DNA from: Podarcis filfolensis
Taxonomy: Eukaryota
Length of the DNA stretch: 64,000 nucleotides
Assembly (NCBI GenBank): GCA_964270895.1
Contig: OZ185437.1
Reading direction: 5' to 3' (one strand)
Under the pieces are notes generated by a model. It searched no databases, was not told where the DNA came from, and saw nothing but the letters and a program-made list of their open reading frames with translations. Of the stretch, positions 13,004 to 25,272 are shown one piece after another (position 1 is the stretch's first letter; each line of letters starts with the position of its first letter). The translations under genes were made by a program, and so were the position numbers.

Positions 13004-14059
13004 TTCCTTTTATGTAAACCACCCTGGAAATTTCTATTGCACTGTGTATAGAAATTTGTATCATTAGACCTTATGCTGCAACCTGGCAATACCTGTTTGG
13101 CTGTCATAAGGCTAATCTGGATTCTATATTGTTTGTTTGTTTGTTTGTTTGTTTAATAAAATGTATACACCTCAAAGTGGCTTACAAAAGATAATTCTAT
13201 GGATTTTAAAACAGTAAAGCATGTAAGAAATAGACCTTGCCTTCTATTTGGCCATCTTTATGGGGAAGCATTTCTAGCTATTATACATGATTTTGATATT
13301 TTCTTTCTTAGGTGAATGCTCACATTGTGTTGTGCATTCTACATTTATGTGCGTAATTAAACCACTGGTATTTGCTCTGGTTTGATTCTGCTGAGTTCCG
13401 TCAAAATACTGCCACCTCCTTGGTCAAACTACTCATAATGTTTTTGCTACAGAGACTGGAAAGTTGATAGGAATATCAACTCAGTAGTCATACCCAAGTC
13501 AGATATCTAATGTACATTTTCACCAACATCTCTCTATCTGGAAAAGCAACAAGCTATTCCTCCCCCCACCATGGTGTTAGTAACTTCATTATTATGCATT
13601 TAGTAACCTATCCCCACCATTATTTACTTAGATGTTCCCATAAGCTTCACTTTTGCTACCATGACTGATTAATTAATTAATTAATTAACTTTATTTATAT
13701 CCCTCCTTTTTCCCAAACTTAAGACTGCTCAAAAACATAAAATAAAACTCACATAGCTTTAAAACATATAAAAGGTTATTCTTTAAAAAAATGAATGGCA
13801 GATTATTGTGTTCATAGTAGAGACAATTTTATAGTCACAAACGCAGCATGGTCCAATTCAGTATTCTTAGTACAGAAGACATTTGGTAGGTTTCTAATAT
13901 ATGGAAGGACAAACAATATGTCTTGATTATCCCTTCCAACCTTAAGGTCTTCAAAGCCATTTAAATGCTGACAGTGTTGCTGATGCACAATAGGGAAACA
14001 TGACATTTGGAGATCAACAAGAAGATGCACACCTATTTGCAAACGGAGAACGTAACAGC

Positions 14060-14213
14060 CAGCGACCCATCTTGCTTTGCATCATGTTCTCACAATGGAC
14101 AACCAGTTGCCTATGGGAAGAACAGTAGCAGACCCTGAGCCCAACAGCACTTCTCCCTGCTGTGGTTTCTAGCAACTGGTATTCAGAAGCATACTGCCTC
14201 TGACAGTGGTGGT
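14060..14213 (-). mobile_element. CR1-type LINE/SINE 3'-end fragment
   Basis: It has reverse-complement similarity to 43627..43804 (CAGCAACTGGTATTCAGAAGCA-like motif). Confidence 0.55.
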
Positions 14214-16092
14214 AAGTGTCAAGTTTGACACCTTTAAAAGGGAAAAAAAGAGTCTGTGAGAGGAATTGACCCTGTAAAAGTCCTCTGTGCTACTTGCCCA
14301 AGGGCAGCTTTAGGGCAAAGCAGCATTTTACATAATTTAGAAAGCTGTTAAAAAATAAACTCATGAAAATATTTTCTTCCTAAGAACTTCACCACTGCAC
14401 ACTCTTTAAGTGTGAATAAAGAGCAACAGCTAGAGATAATGGATCTATTCAAAACCCATCATCTGAAGTTTAAAGAGATACTGCTTTCTGTAAGTATATT
14501 ACCTGGAATATCAATTACTGAATTTTTAAACAGCATCTGCAGCTTGGGATAATATATATACATATACTGTTTGGCCTAACCCTTTTGTCTTTCCTTCTCC
14601 CAAGCAACAGTTTTTCAGGGGGATTATAATTTTGGTCGCCCTGTTTTTGTCTCCCACTATTACTCTTCGTTTCCCTCCTGCCCTACTAGCACTGTGATCA
14701 CAAAGCTTAGAGAATATTGTTCACGTACCAGTTCCAACTTGAATATAGAAAGCAACAACATTTTTTTTTTTACAAGGCACTTGTCTTTGTGAGATTTATG
14801 GTACTATTGTGTACCACCGAAATTCTCGCCTCCATATTGGGCTTACACTGCGAAAAGTGCTCATAAAAATGCATTCACATTTTAAGATGAACTTGCTATG
14901 AAGGCTGATTCACACCTCTTTTCTATTTGTTTCCTATGAATAGTCTAGCAAGCATATTTACTAGCAGGAATATTTGCTGAGACAGTAAATTTAAAATATA
15001 TTTGGCTAGGCAGTTGAATTGATGATCCCCGGTATTTACAGTGATCAGAAGACTTAATGCCCTTCATTCAGTTAACAGGAACTCTTCCGCCTGGGGCAGA
15101 TGTTTTACTTATGCATTGTCCCAATACATAAGTGGGGGCACTTTGAGTAGGCACACACCATACATTAATGTGTAGCAGGTAGCCCCTACCTCTTGGCATT
15201 TGCACGCACAGCATGAACGTCTGCATGGGAAGCCTTTACATACAGTATACACCTTGCATAATGAGTGGGCAAATGTCGGTGTAGAGCTTCTGTCAAGATC
15301 ACTTCCTATATTATGGCAACAATATAGAAAAAAATGGGAAGGCACAAAACATGGGGGGATGTGTGTTGCAATGATGGAATGACAACTCTGGGTGCCCAAG
15401 AGAACGTTGTTGTTTTTTACCAACCCCAGCATGTTTCAAACTGAATTCCTCCTCAGGGGCTCTGTTGCACAGCCAGTTTTAGTTGAAGTCTCTTCACACT
15501 GTTGCAAAACAATTCTGATAGAATTGGACTTGGGAAAACAAACAGAGAATTCTCTTGTGTACCTGGAAGACTTCCCCCAAAGAAGCCTGGGAACAGTATT
15601 TTTCCCCTCACAAAGCTACAATTTTCATCACCTTTAATAAATTACAGCTCCCAGAATTCTTGTTGCGTGCTTTAAATGTATGGTGTGGGCAGCCCACTAG
15701 TGAACTCCAGGGGAAAGGACTGTCGGAATCTCCTGGAACATCAAATGTGGTCCACAGCAGTGAGATAATGGGCCACAGAAATACCTCAGTTGCCTTTTCT
15801 AGACCCTCACTTGAGGTTCAGTCATACAATAAAGACAACTTATTTCCATTAATATTTCAATATCTCTTTATATTTGAGCCTTTAGCTGGTCACTGTAATC
15901 ATTTAAAGTTTGTGAATCTTTATTATCAAGTTTGCGAATGTTTTCAAAAATTTCACTAAAACTTAGTCTTATTCCTTACATGCTCCACATGTGTCTTCTA
16001 AACTTATTTTATCTGCTTGGCATGGTGTTCAAATAGTTGGTTGCCAGCAACCCCATTAAAGCCAGTGAGTGCAGATGCATGTGCTATGTCAA

Positions 16093-16148
16093 TCCTTCCT
16101 TCCTTCCTTCCTTCCTTCCTTCCTTTCTCTCTCTCTCTCTCTCTCTCT
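16093..16148 (+). repeat. Compound microsatellite (TTCC)n(CT)n
   Basis: Read directly from the sequence. Confidence 0.95.
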
Positions 16149-16727
16149 GCACACATACACCCCATAACCAGGTTCAGATTCTAACATATTTACCATTAGT
16201 CATGACAGGGATGATTAATGGGGAGAAACAGCTTCATTTTCCAATAGCAGATTATGCTAGGTTTACTAGGAGTTAGAAAATTCCAGTTTTGATTTGTTAA
16301 GTGGAAAAGACTGATAGCAAAGCCACAGGCTTAGAATTGATCTAGGACTGTTATGAGCTATTAAATAATATATACCAGTATTCAGAAGCCAAGCCTATTT
16401 TCAAGCAGGATTCTTTAAAAACAAAACAAAAAATGCAGGCAATGCTAGCCCCAATGTTTCCATTCATCATAATAAATATTCTGAAGGTTTTGAGATACAT
16501 TTTTCAAAGCACAGAAGGCAGTTATGTAAGGTATACTTCTGACACTTCTTCACATAAAGGGTCTCTGTCTTTGCAAATTGGCCTTTCTCATCTAGAGCTG
16601 AGGCATACCAGAGCACCTCAACATCACCCCGGGCTACCCTCAGGAGTTTTGCCATGTTGGTCAAGAAGTAAAATGGAGTCAAAAGTAACATATTAGCTAC
16701 ATTATCTTGTTCACAGACTGTGACATT

Positions 16728-16728
16728 A

Positions 16729-16767
<39 letters not shown>
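16728..16767 (+). repeat. Compound microsatellite (CA)n(GA)n
   Basis: Read directly from the sequence. Confidence 0.95.
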
Positions 16768-18792
16768 TGCTTTGGCACAGGAGCAAAGTTCATTTTATGT
16801 TGCTGTCTGAACCCCAACCTTTCCTTCATTTCATTTCTTCCATGATGCTGCTATGGAAAACAGTAGCACTAGTTTCCCTAATTCCCCCCATAACCTGTAG
16901 GGTTACATACCCTCATTGTCGTCATATCATGCATTTCTCTGCCACATCAATGGCTACCACTGGCCAGAAGAAGAAAAAAATGACATTGATATGATTTTTA
17001 AATGGCGAGTCAGTGATTCTACACATTATGGATGAGAAAGGGAAAAGCCAGCAGGCAATGCTGTTTTAGGAAATGTCTCTGTTTCAAGTGTAACATGTAG
17101 TTCTGATTTTCCATAAGCTTTGGTGGGCCTTCTTAAAATTCTTGGGTAACACTGTTTCTAGAAGGGAGACTTAAAAAAAAAAGTCACTTTAAGATCAGTC
17201 AGCTGGTGCTGCAAGCAGGTTAAAAAACATTGTGGCACATAAGGGGGGCACTAAAATTGGGGGTGGTGCACTGGGGACACTTTTGTCCCCATTTAAGTGC
17301 CTACCTTTAAAAAATGGCAAAAAAACAACTCTAGTGTTCTTCCATGGTGGCTCTGCACAACTTGGGAAATATAGCAGAGTGGTGTTTCGTTCAAAAAAAA
17401 AAGAAAAGAATTAAATTCCACTGAGCTAGCAGAAGATTTTGCAAGTGCCAAACTGATTCTTTGGATCCTGACCACTGTTTTTTATTGTTATGCATTCTAA
17501 GGTTAACTCTTGGAACAAGGTTCAGCCCTGGCTCAAGCTAAGCCTCTGTTTTCTCCAACATAATCGGCTGCCTACAGGAGCCCACATGTTTGGGAAGTAA
17601 CTGTACCATTATACCAGTTTCCATTCAAGTGGGTAAAGCTGTAAATTCTGAAGAGAGGATAAAAGCTGAGCAGCAGGCTTCCAGCAAAGATGATGCCAAG
17701 ACAATGCCTCTAGCCTCAGCAGCATCTTATATGCAAACCAAGTACTGGAATCAGCAAAGAATTCCAAATGGGATTCAGCTTCCTTGCTTATTGCTCCTGA
17801 CCTTTGCTCCAAGCAAAACCAGCGGCAGTAGAGAATGCACATGATTCTGCCTTCCAACAACTAAAATGAAAATCCATTGCCATATCCCACTCTGCTATCT
17901 CCTGCTCTCACCCCAATTACCACACCACACAGACACTTTCTGTTCTCAAAAAAAACCCAGGCCTGATTACATTCCTGCATGTTAACAGACACAAGACAGA
18001 TTAGTCTCTTCCTCTTCCTCCTCACATGCTTCATAGTTTTGCTCCGTACAGCCAGGCTGCAGCTAAGAGAATTTAAGATGACCTTTCTGAATCAAGACTT
18101 AAAAGCATCATTATTACGCATTATGTTTTGTGGCTGGAGGGATAGTGCTGAGTTGCCTGACTGAGCTGGCTTTAAAAATAATTAAATAATATGAAAGCAC
18201 CTCTGTAAAACTTTTTTTCCCCCTGACACACATTATTTCTTCAGAAAGCCTCCACAAAGTAAATAAAATAATGAGCCAGTTGTCGATGAAACAAAAGGAA
18301 AGTTTGCACTTTGTAAATTGGATGAAACAGACTGAAAGGCTTATGAGATTTTTCGGAAGCATATAGTGTTTTGCTGCTTAGGATCAAAGCACTTAGCAAA
18401 GTGGTCTAGTGTGACCTCCTAGTTAAGTGCAAAGAAGGCACAGACTGTTCACCCTGTCATAGTATTGTGCAGGACTGTTCACCAGTTTCATTTGGGTGAG
18501 GATTGTGAAAGTAATGCTTGCAGAAAGTGAAATATTACATGAATCCACCCAATTATTGATGTGAATCTTCACTTCTCCCCACTGCTATTGCTTCCTCATT
18601 CTGCTGCTACTGTTTCAGCAGCATTAAAAACCTGGTTCTTCATTTATTTATTTTTTTGGAGAATATTCATATGGATGATGCCAGCTAGCCAGGGACCACA
18701 AAGTGAACAAGATGAAGCTACCCTAAGATTTGCCTCATAATGAATATAACTCCCCGTTATTTCTGCTCTCCAGTACAGGCTCATCTTTTCCC

Positions 18793-18846
18793 TCATCTCT
18801 CTTCAGTTATGCTGTGAAGAGAATCCGTTGCTTCATCTACTTCTCC
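18793..18846 (-). CDS. Candidate terminal coding exon (GEVDEATDSLHSITEER*) of an unidentified gene
   Basis: The acceptor TTTTGTTTCACAG is followed by a 17-codon frame ending in TGA. No homologue is recognised, so this rests on splice signals alone. Confidence 0.22.
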   Translation of the reverse strand, partial: GEVDEATDSLHSITEER

Positions 18847-20199
18847 CTGTGAAACAAAACTGGTATTTATGTGCCGTGTCCACCTTAACACATCATTTCA
18901 TAGGGGGAAATGTCACATAACATTACTCTTTTATTCTTGTAATACAGGAAGTTTTGTGTTTATGGGCAAAGAAGAGCTAAATTTAGAGCAGGAGAACGAA
19001 TGGAAATCCTTCAGAAGAAGTGATGAGGTGATAAATGTTGTGGGTCAGATTAGGGCGGGTATAAAACAAAAGAGACAAGACATAAAAAGAAAAGGTAGCT
19101 GGGATGATCCTGGGATGGAGAAGATTAGTGATGAGCAAATCTCCTCCCATCTCCCCTCCCATCACAGGTTCAATTAAGAAATGTGCTCAGCAAACCAAGC
19201 TATTTTCCCAAAAGTAAGAAAATAGCTCAATTATTCCTCACACAATTGGACTCCATCATCACACACAAACCCTACCCATCTTTCTTCCATCGAATTGCCT
19301 TAACCCGGCAGTGGCAAGGAAGAAAGCCAGGTGGGGGGGGAGGTGTCCCTCTCCCCAAACCCATCCCCACTGAGACTTGGTTCACTGCTATGCTGGTAAC
19401 CCAGGCAACAGGTGTCTGGGGGAAATGTAATCTTCCAAAGGCATCTTATCGACCTCAGGCACTCTCAGAGAATTATATTGCCCTGGACTCCTGGCACCTG
19501 CGTCACTGTTCCAGGTTCTGGGGCAGGTGGAGAAAGTAGAGAAACCTTCCTTCTACCTGCTAGCTGTCACCAGAGCAACAACCAGGTAAGTGGGTAGGAA
19601 GGAATGGTTCTCTGGTTCAAACTGAAATCCAAGGAGAGAACATTATGGACCTAAATGAAGTTTGGAGTGCAATGCTCACTATGTATTAAGGTGGACATTG
19701 CAACCAAGGTTCAGAGTTGCATGGGTCATAGAGCCACAGAATCATGATTTTCAGAGAGGTCATTAGAGAGAAGGCATTGGAACAGCAATGCAAGATTAGC
19801 AAAGCACAAAGCATAGAAGTAGGACCTGTTGTAGACTCTCGAGGCTGCTTTTGATTTTAAAAAGTGGGAGAAAGATATATGTAACTGCATGAGCCTAACA
19901 TTTATTGGACTTATTGGGTGTTCAAAAATGTGAATGGCCTCCCCTCCCTCTGCAAAACTACTGCCTTCACAGAATGAACTATGAAAAACACCAGCCGCAC
20001 TCTACCATTCACACTGCCATGAAGAGAGCGACTTCTGCTCCCTTCTGAAACAATTTAACCTATAGTAGTTTATTTTTAATAGCTTTTATGCTGCAAGTCC
20101 CCAAAAACTACTTAATCTTAGACGCACCTGTATAATTCATAGCGAGGGCTAATAGAGTTTTAGCAAATTGGATTCCATCCATCAAAAACTGTGACTCAC

Positions 20200-20215
20200 C
20201 ATAAATAATGAACAC
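20200..20215 (-). CDS. Candidate 16-nt microexon (GTGTTCATTATTTATG)
   Basis: The acceptor GTTTGGTTTGTCCCTTTTCATTCAG and donor GTGAGT are both strong. Its phase links the 22409 and 18846 candidates. Confidence 0.22.
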
Positions 20216-20894
20216 CTGAATGAAAAGGGACAAACCAAACTGTTTTCATGAAACTATGGCAAAACAGACACTTGTTCTTGATACTGCAATATCCCTGAAT
20301 GACAATATTAAAATCGGTGGGAAAATTTATGACCACAGCAGTTTCTACAATTTCTGCTGCTGATGCCACCCTAGTTATGGTGAACAGAATAGGCTCTATT
20401 GCTATGATCGGGCTAGCAAGGAGTCAGTGATCAACAGAAAATTAAATAAAACAGTGGTATCACATTTCTGCAAATGATTAATATTGCCTCAGTACGATTT
20501 TAGTAGTGATAGGTAGCCTTCCTCCATGGCTCAGCTCAAAATGAAGGGTGGGTTTGTTTGTTTTTACCTTTCATGGAGAAAGCTTTGGTCTTTCTGAGTT
20601 TTTTCCCCAAGAAAGCTTAGAAAAAATAAACATTGTGGAGAGGAGGAATCATACTCCAGTCTTCTCTGCCAGAACTCCACCCTATCAAACAAGGAAGACA
20701 GAATTGGCAGTCAAAAGGGCTCCCAGAAGTCACAGAATCATAGAACTATAGAGTTGGAATTCTGTGGCTGTGTACACACCATACTTTTAAAACACAAAGA
20801 ACATTTACGCCTTGCCAATGATCTAGCAAACTGTAGTTTATTAAGGGTGCTGGGAACTGTAGCTCTGTGAGGGGTAAACTACAACTCCTAGAAT

Positions 20895-20984
20895 CATAGC
20901 TGTCAACTTTTCCATTTTCTTGCAAGGAATCCTATTCGGAATAAGGGAATTTTCCTTAAAAAAAGGTAAACGTTGACAGCTATG
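20895..20984. mobile_element. 90-bp hAT MITE
   Basis: TIRs are CATAGCTGTCAAC / GTTGACAGCTATG. A perfect 8-bp TSD CCTAGAAT lies at 20887..20894 and 20985..20992. Confidence 0.88.
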
Positions 20985-21036
20985 CCTAGAATTGTTCAGT
21001 GAGGGGAATGCACTTCGAATGTGCTTGAAGGGCATG

Positions 21037-21065
21037 GTGTGTGTGTGTGTGTGTGTGTGTGTGTG
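21037..21065 (+). repeat. (TG)n microsatellite
   Basis: Read directly from the sequence. Confidence 0.95.
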
Positions 21066-22408
21066 CATCCTTATTTCCATATATGTTTTTGATGGTGGTT
21101 TTGGAAAACAATCCGTAAGCCATGTTCCATAACTTATTCAATATATGTTTTAACACACCTGTTCTCATACTTGCAGCTGTTGCCGATAGGTGGTTTGGCA
21201 ATGAACTCTTGGCTGGAAACTGATCCCCTGACCCTTGGCAAGTGCGTGAAAGACCCAAGGTCAGCCCAGTTTAAAAAGCATCTTTGGTAGCAAGGCTGGG
21301 AATATCCCTTTGCAATCTCCACTGTTAGAGGCAGTGTGATTCTCAGTGCCAGCTGCTGGGAACCACAGGAGGGGACGGTGCTGTTGCACTTAGGTCGCGC
21401 TTGTGGACTTTCCAGAGGCATCTGATTGGCTACTGCAGGAACAGGAAGCTGGATAAGATGGGCCACTGGGTTGCCAGGCTCTTCTTCTGTTCTTAGCTTA
21501 GCTAGTGCCCCTCTCTCTTGTCTATCTCCACAAATGCTGTTATTGCATTTCTCTCATGTACCCACTAATATGCCTTTTCTATTCCTGAAAACTTGGGTTT
21601 TGAATGAGTGTCAATAGGCCTCCCTTTGCCCTCAACCAGCTTTCCACCTGTTGCTATGGAAAGTATAAGAAAAACTCTCTCTGTCCCTCTCTCTCCCTTT
21701 TCAGCTGTTGTTTAAGCATCTACCCTATAACCACATTTCTGTACTTTGGTTTTTACATACATATATTGTTTGTATAAGGTCATAGATTCTGACAGGTTGG
21801 GGAGGGTGGGGAAGGGTAAGGCAGAAGCTTCAATTGCTTCATTTAAAAACAACAACAACACCTGAGCTATGGTCAAATGCCTTATACCTGCTAAGAAACA
21901 GCAGAGCAGCAAAATCTAGCACGCAGGTTAAGATTTTAGCTCATTAGTAGACTAAGAAGTGCTTTGTTTTGTAGCCCACAAGGAACAATTAAAAAGAAAA
22001 AGAGAGAACAACCTGCAGAATCAATGCTCATGTAAACAATATCAGGATAGTTCTTTAAGATGTGTGGAGTTACAGTTTCGTGGAGACTAATTAAATGGGC
22101 TTCACACCAAGACAAATATCTTGCATAAAAGTCACCTCCATGTAAATAACTGCATATGTACCATGTGCAAACTCTCGTGTGTTATAGGATAAAAGTCTAT
22201 TTTGCAGTGCCAAGATAAAGAGCAATTTGGCACAGCTGATACACCTCAGTGTTACTTTTTTGTATCAAAAGGCGTTATCCTATACAGTCACCTGTTATTC
22301 AGCACCAAAGCTGTCCTGAGTCACGCACACTTTTAAGGACATAAGACTGCTACCCAGCCTAGCATTTGCGGAGCATCTCATTAAAATCCCAGGCATTATG
22401 AGAGTTAC

Positions 22409-22492
22409 AGATCTACTTCAGCAGATATCATTAATTCCAAAAGGTCTTCAGCAGAAGGACTTGGAAGTAGCTGGACTGCTCTCATGGTCTGC
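22409..22492 (-). CDS. Candidate 84-nt internal exon (QTMRAVQLLPSPSAEDLLELMISAEVDL)
   Basis: The acceptor is ATTCCTCTTTCTACATATTAG and the donor is GTAACT. Only one minus frame is open (phase 2-2). No homologue is recognised. Confidence 0.22.
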
Positions 22493-23231
22493 CTAATATG
22501 TAGAAAGAGGAATATAATGGGAATGAGAGAGCCAAGATAAATTCTCCAATAAAACAAAGTTTGTTTTAAAGCACTTTCTCCAAACTTACCTGTGCCTTTC
22601 CTCCCCAATGTTGAAAGCAATGAAAGGTACAAGGCTTTAGCTCTATTTTTATATTCCTTTTAAAGTAGCACAGAAAAATGTGGCTGTCACTGATTGAATG
22701 CTGTTGTTAAAATGAACTGCTGTAAATTGAAGAAAAAGCACAAGAGAATTTTTTTTAAAGACCCCGGTTGTTCATTAAAGCACTTTAGTACACTCTGTTC
22801 TGATGGTCTGATCCATTTTTAATTAGCTGGGGTGCTAAGTATCCTTTGTCATGGTCTACTAAAATTGCAAGTCTGTACCACGGAAGTGACACCTGAATGT
22901 AGCTTGCACCTCTTTTGGTGTCACAACTGTGCCGGCAAACTCTATGCTAATTGCACCTCAGTGTCCCATAATGTTGCTTTAGCAACTGCCAGCTTTCAGA
23001 AGTCTAGCTGTGGTGCCAACTTTGGGTAGAACTTGAATCCATGCTGACACTGTGCTATCACACAGTGGTGTTTGATGCGTATTTTACAATGGTTGTACAC
23101 AACCTCAAGACAGAAGTGGGAGGTGGCATAGAAATGTTTTAATAAATGGAATGGAATAAAATAAACCCATGATCAGACAGACTCTATAAGAAGCAAGGAA
23201 GAGCAGATGCAAAAGTGCTTCAGGCCACAGC

Positions 23232-23715
23232 TTTTTTTTTGTAAATAACATTTTATTGTATTTTCAGCAGTGAGAGTATACAAAAATGAAAACAAGAACA
23301 CAACAAAAGAGAAGAGCAAAACGGGAAAAGGGAGAAAGGCGGGGGAAACCATATAAAACAAGATTAAGCAACTTTCCCTGTTCCTAGCATGCACATTATA
23401 AAATTCAAAGTAAAGAAGCAAACATATGGATCACCACAATTTCAGCAAACATGAAGAAAAAGAAGCATGCAGAGAACATATGACAGTTGGGTGTAATTTT
23501 GCATATGCTTTTTGAGCTTTCATTGTTGTTATCATAATTACACTTTCATCCCACCAATCAACATGGTGTACATTTTGTTCTCCCATTTTATCTTGAGGAC
23601 TTTAACTCAGGTCTCAGTGGTTCATATGCACACTTTATCAGCCAAATTGCAATGGGATCTTCCCTGTACAAGTTCCCTCTTGGAGAGGAAAGTTGAAGTA
23701 CAAAAATGGTAGTGC
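23232..23715 (-). mobile_element. Decayed L1 3' end (poly(A), 3'UTR, ORF2 C-terminal remnant)
   Basis: A poly(T) plus TTTTATT on the plus strand is followed by an A-rich UTR, the same architecture as the L1 at 63334. Confidence 0.55.
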
Positions 23716-23785
23716 AATGTAATCACTTTCAGAGCTGTTGAAAACACAGCACCCTATCCCTCATAGCAGCATCTATGGTTGTTCT

Positions 23786-23950
23786 GCAGGCCCACCCATG
23801 AGGCAAGGTGAGGCAATTGCCTCAGATGGCAGGATCCACAGGGCAGTAGATCCCAATGCCAATTTTTCTTCCCGCTTTGTTCCTGGTGTAGACCTTACTT
23901 CACCTCTTCATCCCAGGCGCCATTTTGAGGTACGCCTCCGGTGCTAAAAT
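23786..23950 (+). repeat. Dispersed unclassified repeat, same family as 4197
   Basis: It carries GGCCCACCCATGAGGCAAGGTGAGG...GGATCCACAGGG. Confidence 0.5.
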
Positions 23951-24417
23951 GGTATGTGTCCAAACTTAATTGGTTGTGAAGAACCAGAAAAACCATTTGC
24001 TTGAGAAAGGCTTCCTACAGAAGGGTTTTTGTTCGTTTGTTTTGCTTAGACCCTTAAGACATGGGATATTGCTTGGCCATAGGAAGAGCAAAGCAAAAGA
24101 AAAATGTCCTTCCTAAAGAAGGAGCATTATCCAAATGGAGGCCTTCTTAAAAGCAACACTCTCCATGAAGTATGGCTTTTAAAGCAAAGAGCTCAACCAT
24201 TCTGTGGGTGGCGGGAGATCAAGGAATCAAAGTCCAAATTGACATATGCAGGCTCTCAGCTTTCATGAATAAACTCCCTGGATTGTAGACAAGGTGTGTC
24301 ACCTTGAGATCACTTTGAAGCCCTGGCATAGTTCTGAACTGCCACATTTATGTCCCTAATGAATTAGAACACTGCATTCTTTACTGTGAATTTTTCCATT
24401 TTGCGAAAAGAAAAGGG

Positions 24418-24420
<3 letters not shown>

Positions 24421-24463
<43 letters not shown>
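24421..24463 (+). repeat. (TG)n microsatellite
   Basis: Read directly from the sequence. Confidence 0.97.
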
Positions 24464-24464
<1 letters not shown>

Positions 24465-24949
24465 GGAAAGTATAAGTATTGACTACTCAAATATATACAC
24501 AAGATGTTCCTTGACTTCACTCCTCTGACTTGATGTGATTGCTTGGAGGTACCTGATAGCCTAGTCTATTTTCACTCTCCTTATTTCTCAAGGCAGCAGA
24601 AAAAGCTTTCTATAATTGGACAACTTTGCCAAATGTTTGATCATCTTGATGGATGAAAGGTGCTGTAGAAATGACAGGTAATTACTACTGCAGTGTTAAT
24701 AAAGTAGGAAAATGCAGGTTTTCAGAAAGGCAATGCTTCAAGATAGGATTCTGAACTGATACGGAGATTAGAGATGACAGAGAAAATCTCTGCTTTCCAG
24801 TTTGGTACCAAAATCTCCCACAGTTCATTCCTGTCATGCCCCACTAAAGCAGTCATGGCTTCAATGAATGATGGTGACAGTTCATTGGATTTTCTATACC
24901 TTGGTTCATATTTAAAATAAACAAACTCAAAATTCCATTGCTGAACTCA

Positions 24950-24990
24950 CAAACAAACAAACAAACAAACAAACAAACAAACAAACAAAC
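24950..24990 (+). repeat. (AAAC)n microsatellite
   Basis: Read directly from the sequence. Confidence 0.97.
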
Positions 24991-25061
24991 ACCATGGTCC
25001 TCCTAACTCCTGGCTACTTTTCATAGCCTAGCTACTTTTTGTAGACTTTCTATTGTGTTAC

Positions 25062-25272
25062 TTTGAAGAAGCATGAACTCAGGGCAAAAAGGAGAAATGA
25101 GCTAAGAGGAAGGCACATTTGGCAAACCCTCACCATGATCAACTCCCACAAGGAAACCTATGTCCCCACTGTGGAAGGATGTATGGATCCAGAATTGGCC
25201 TCCACAGTCACTTACGAACTCACTGTTAAGACCGAGTTCATGGAAGACAATCTTACTCGGCTATGAGTGATC
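25062..25272 (+). mobile_element. RTE-clade LINE 3' end (non-BovB) with C-terminal C2H2-type zinc finger
   Basis: The frame reads FEEA*TQGKKEK*AKRKAHLANPHHDQLPQGNLCPHCGRMYGSRIGLHSHLRTHC*, followed by a short 3'UTR. Confidence 0.75.

Larger units (their letters stand above)
20767..21065. mobile_element. Palindromic non-autonomous DNA element whose right end runs into (TG)n
   Basis: The left end is GGCTGTGTACACACCATAC and the right end is GCATGGTGTGTGTG... It contains a nested hAT MITE. Confidence 0.55.

Noticed and set aside
22590-22635. Extra minus-strand exon ending at a GTAAGT donor (LVPFIAFNIGEERH)
   Set aside because: The acceptor lacks a polypyrimidine tract and an in-frame TAA sits just upstream.
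24594-24676. Plus-strand AG...GT exon-like segment
   Set aside because: All three frames contain stops, and GGATGAAAGGTGCTGTAGAAAT resembles an ancient L2/SINE tail.
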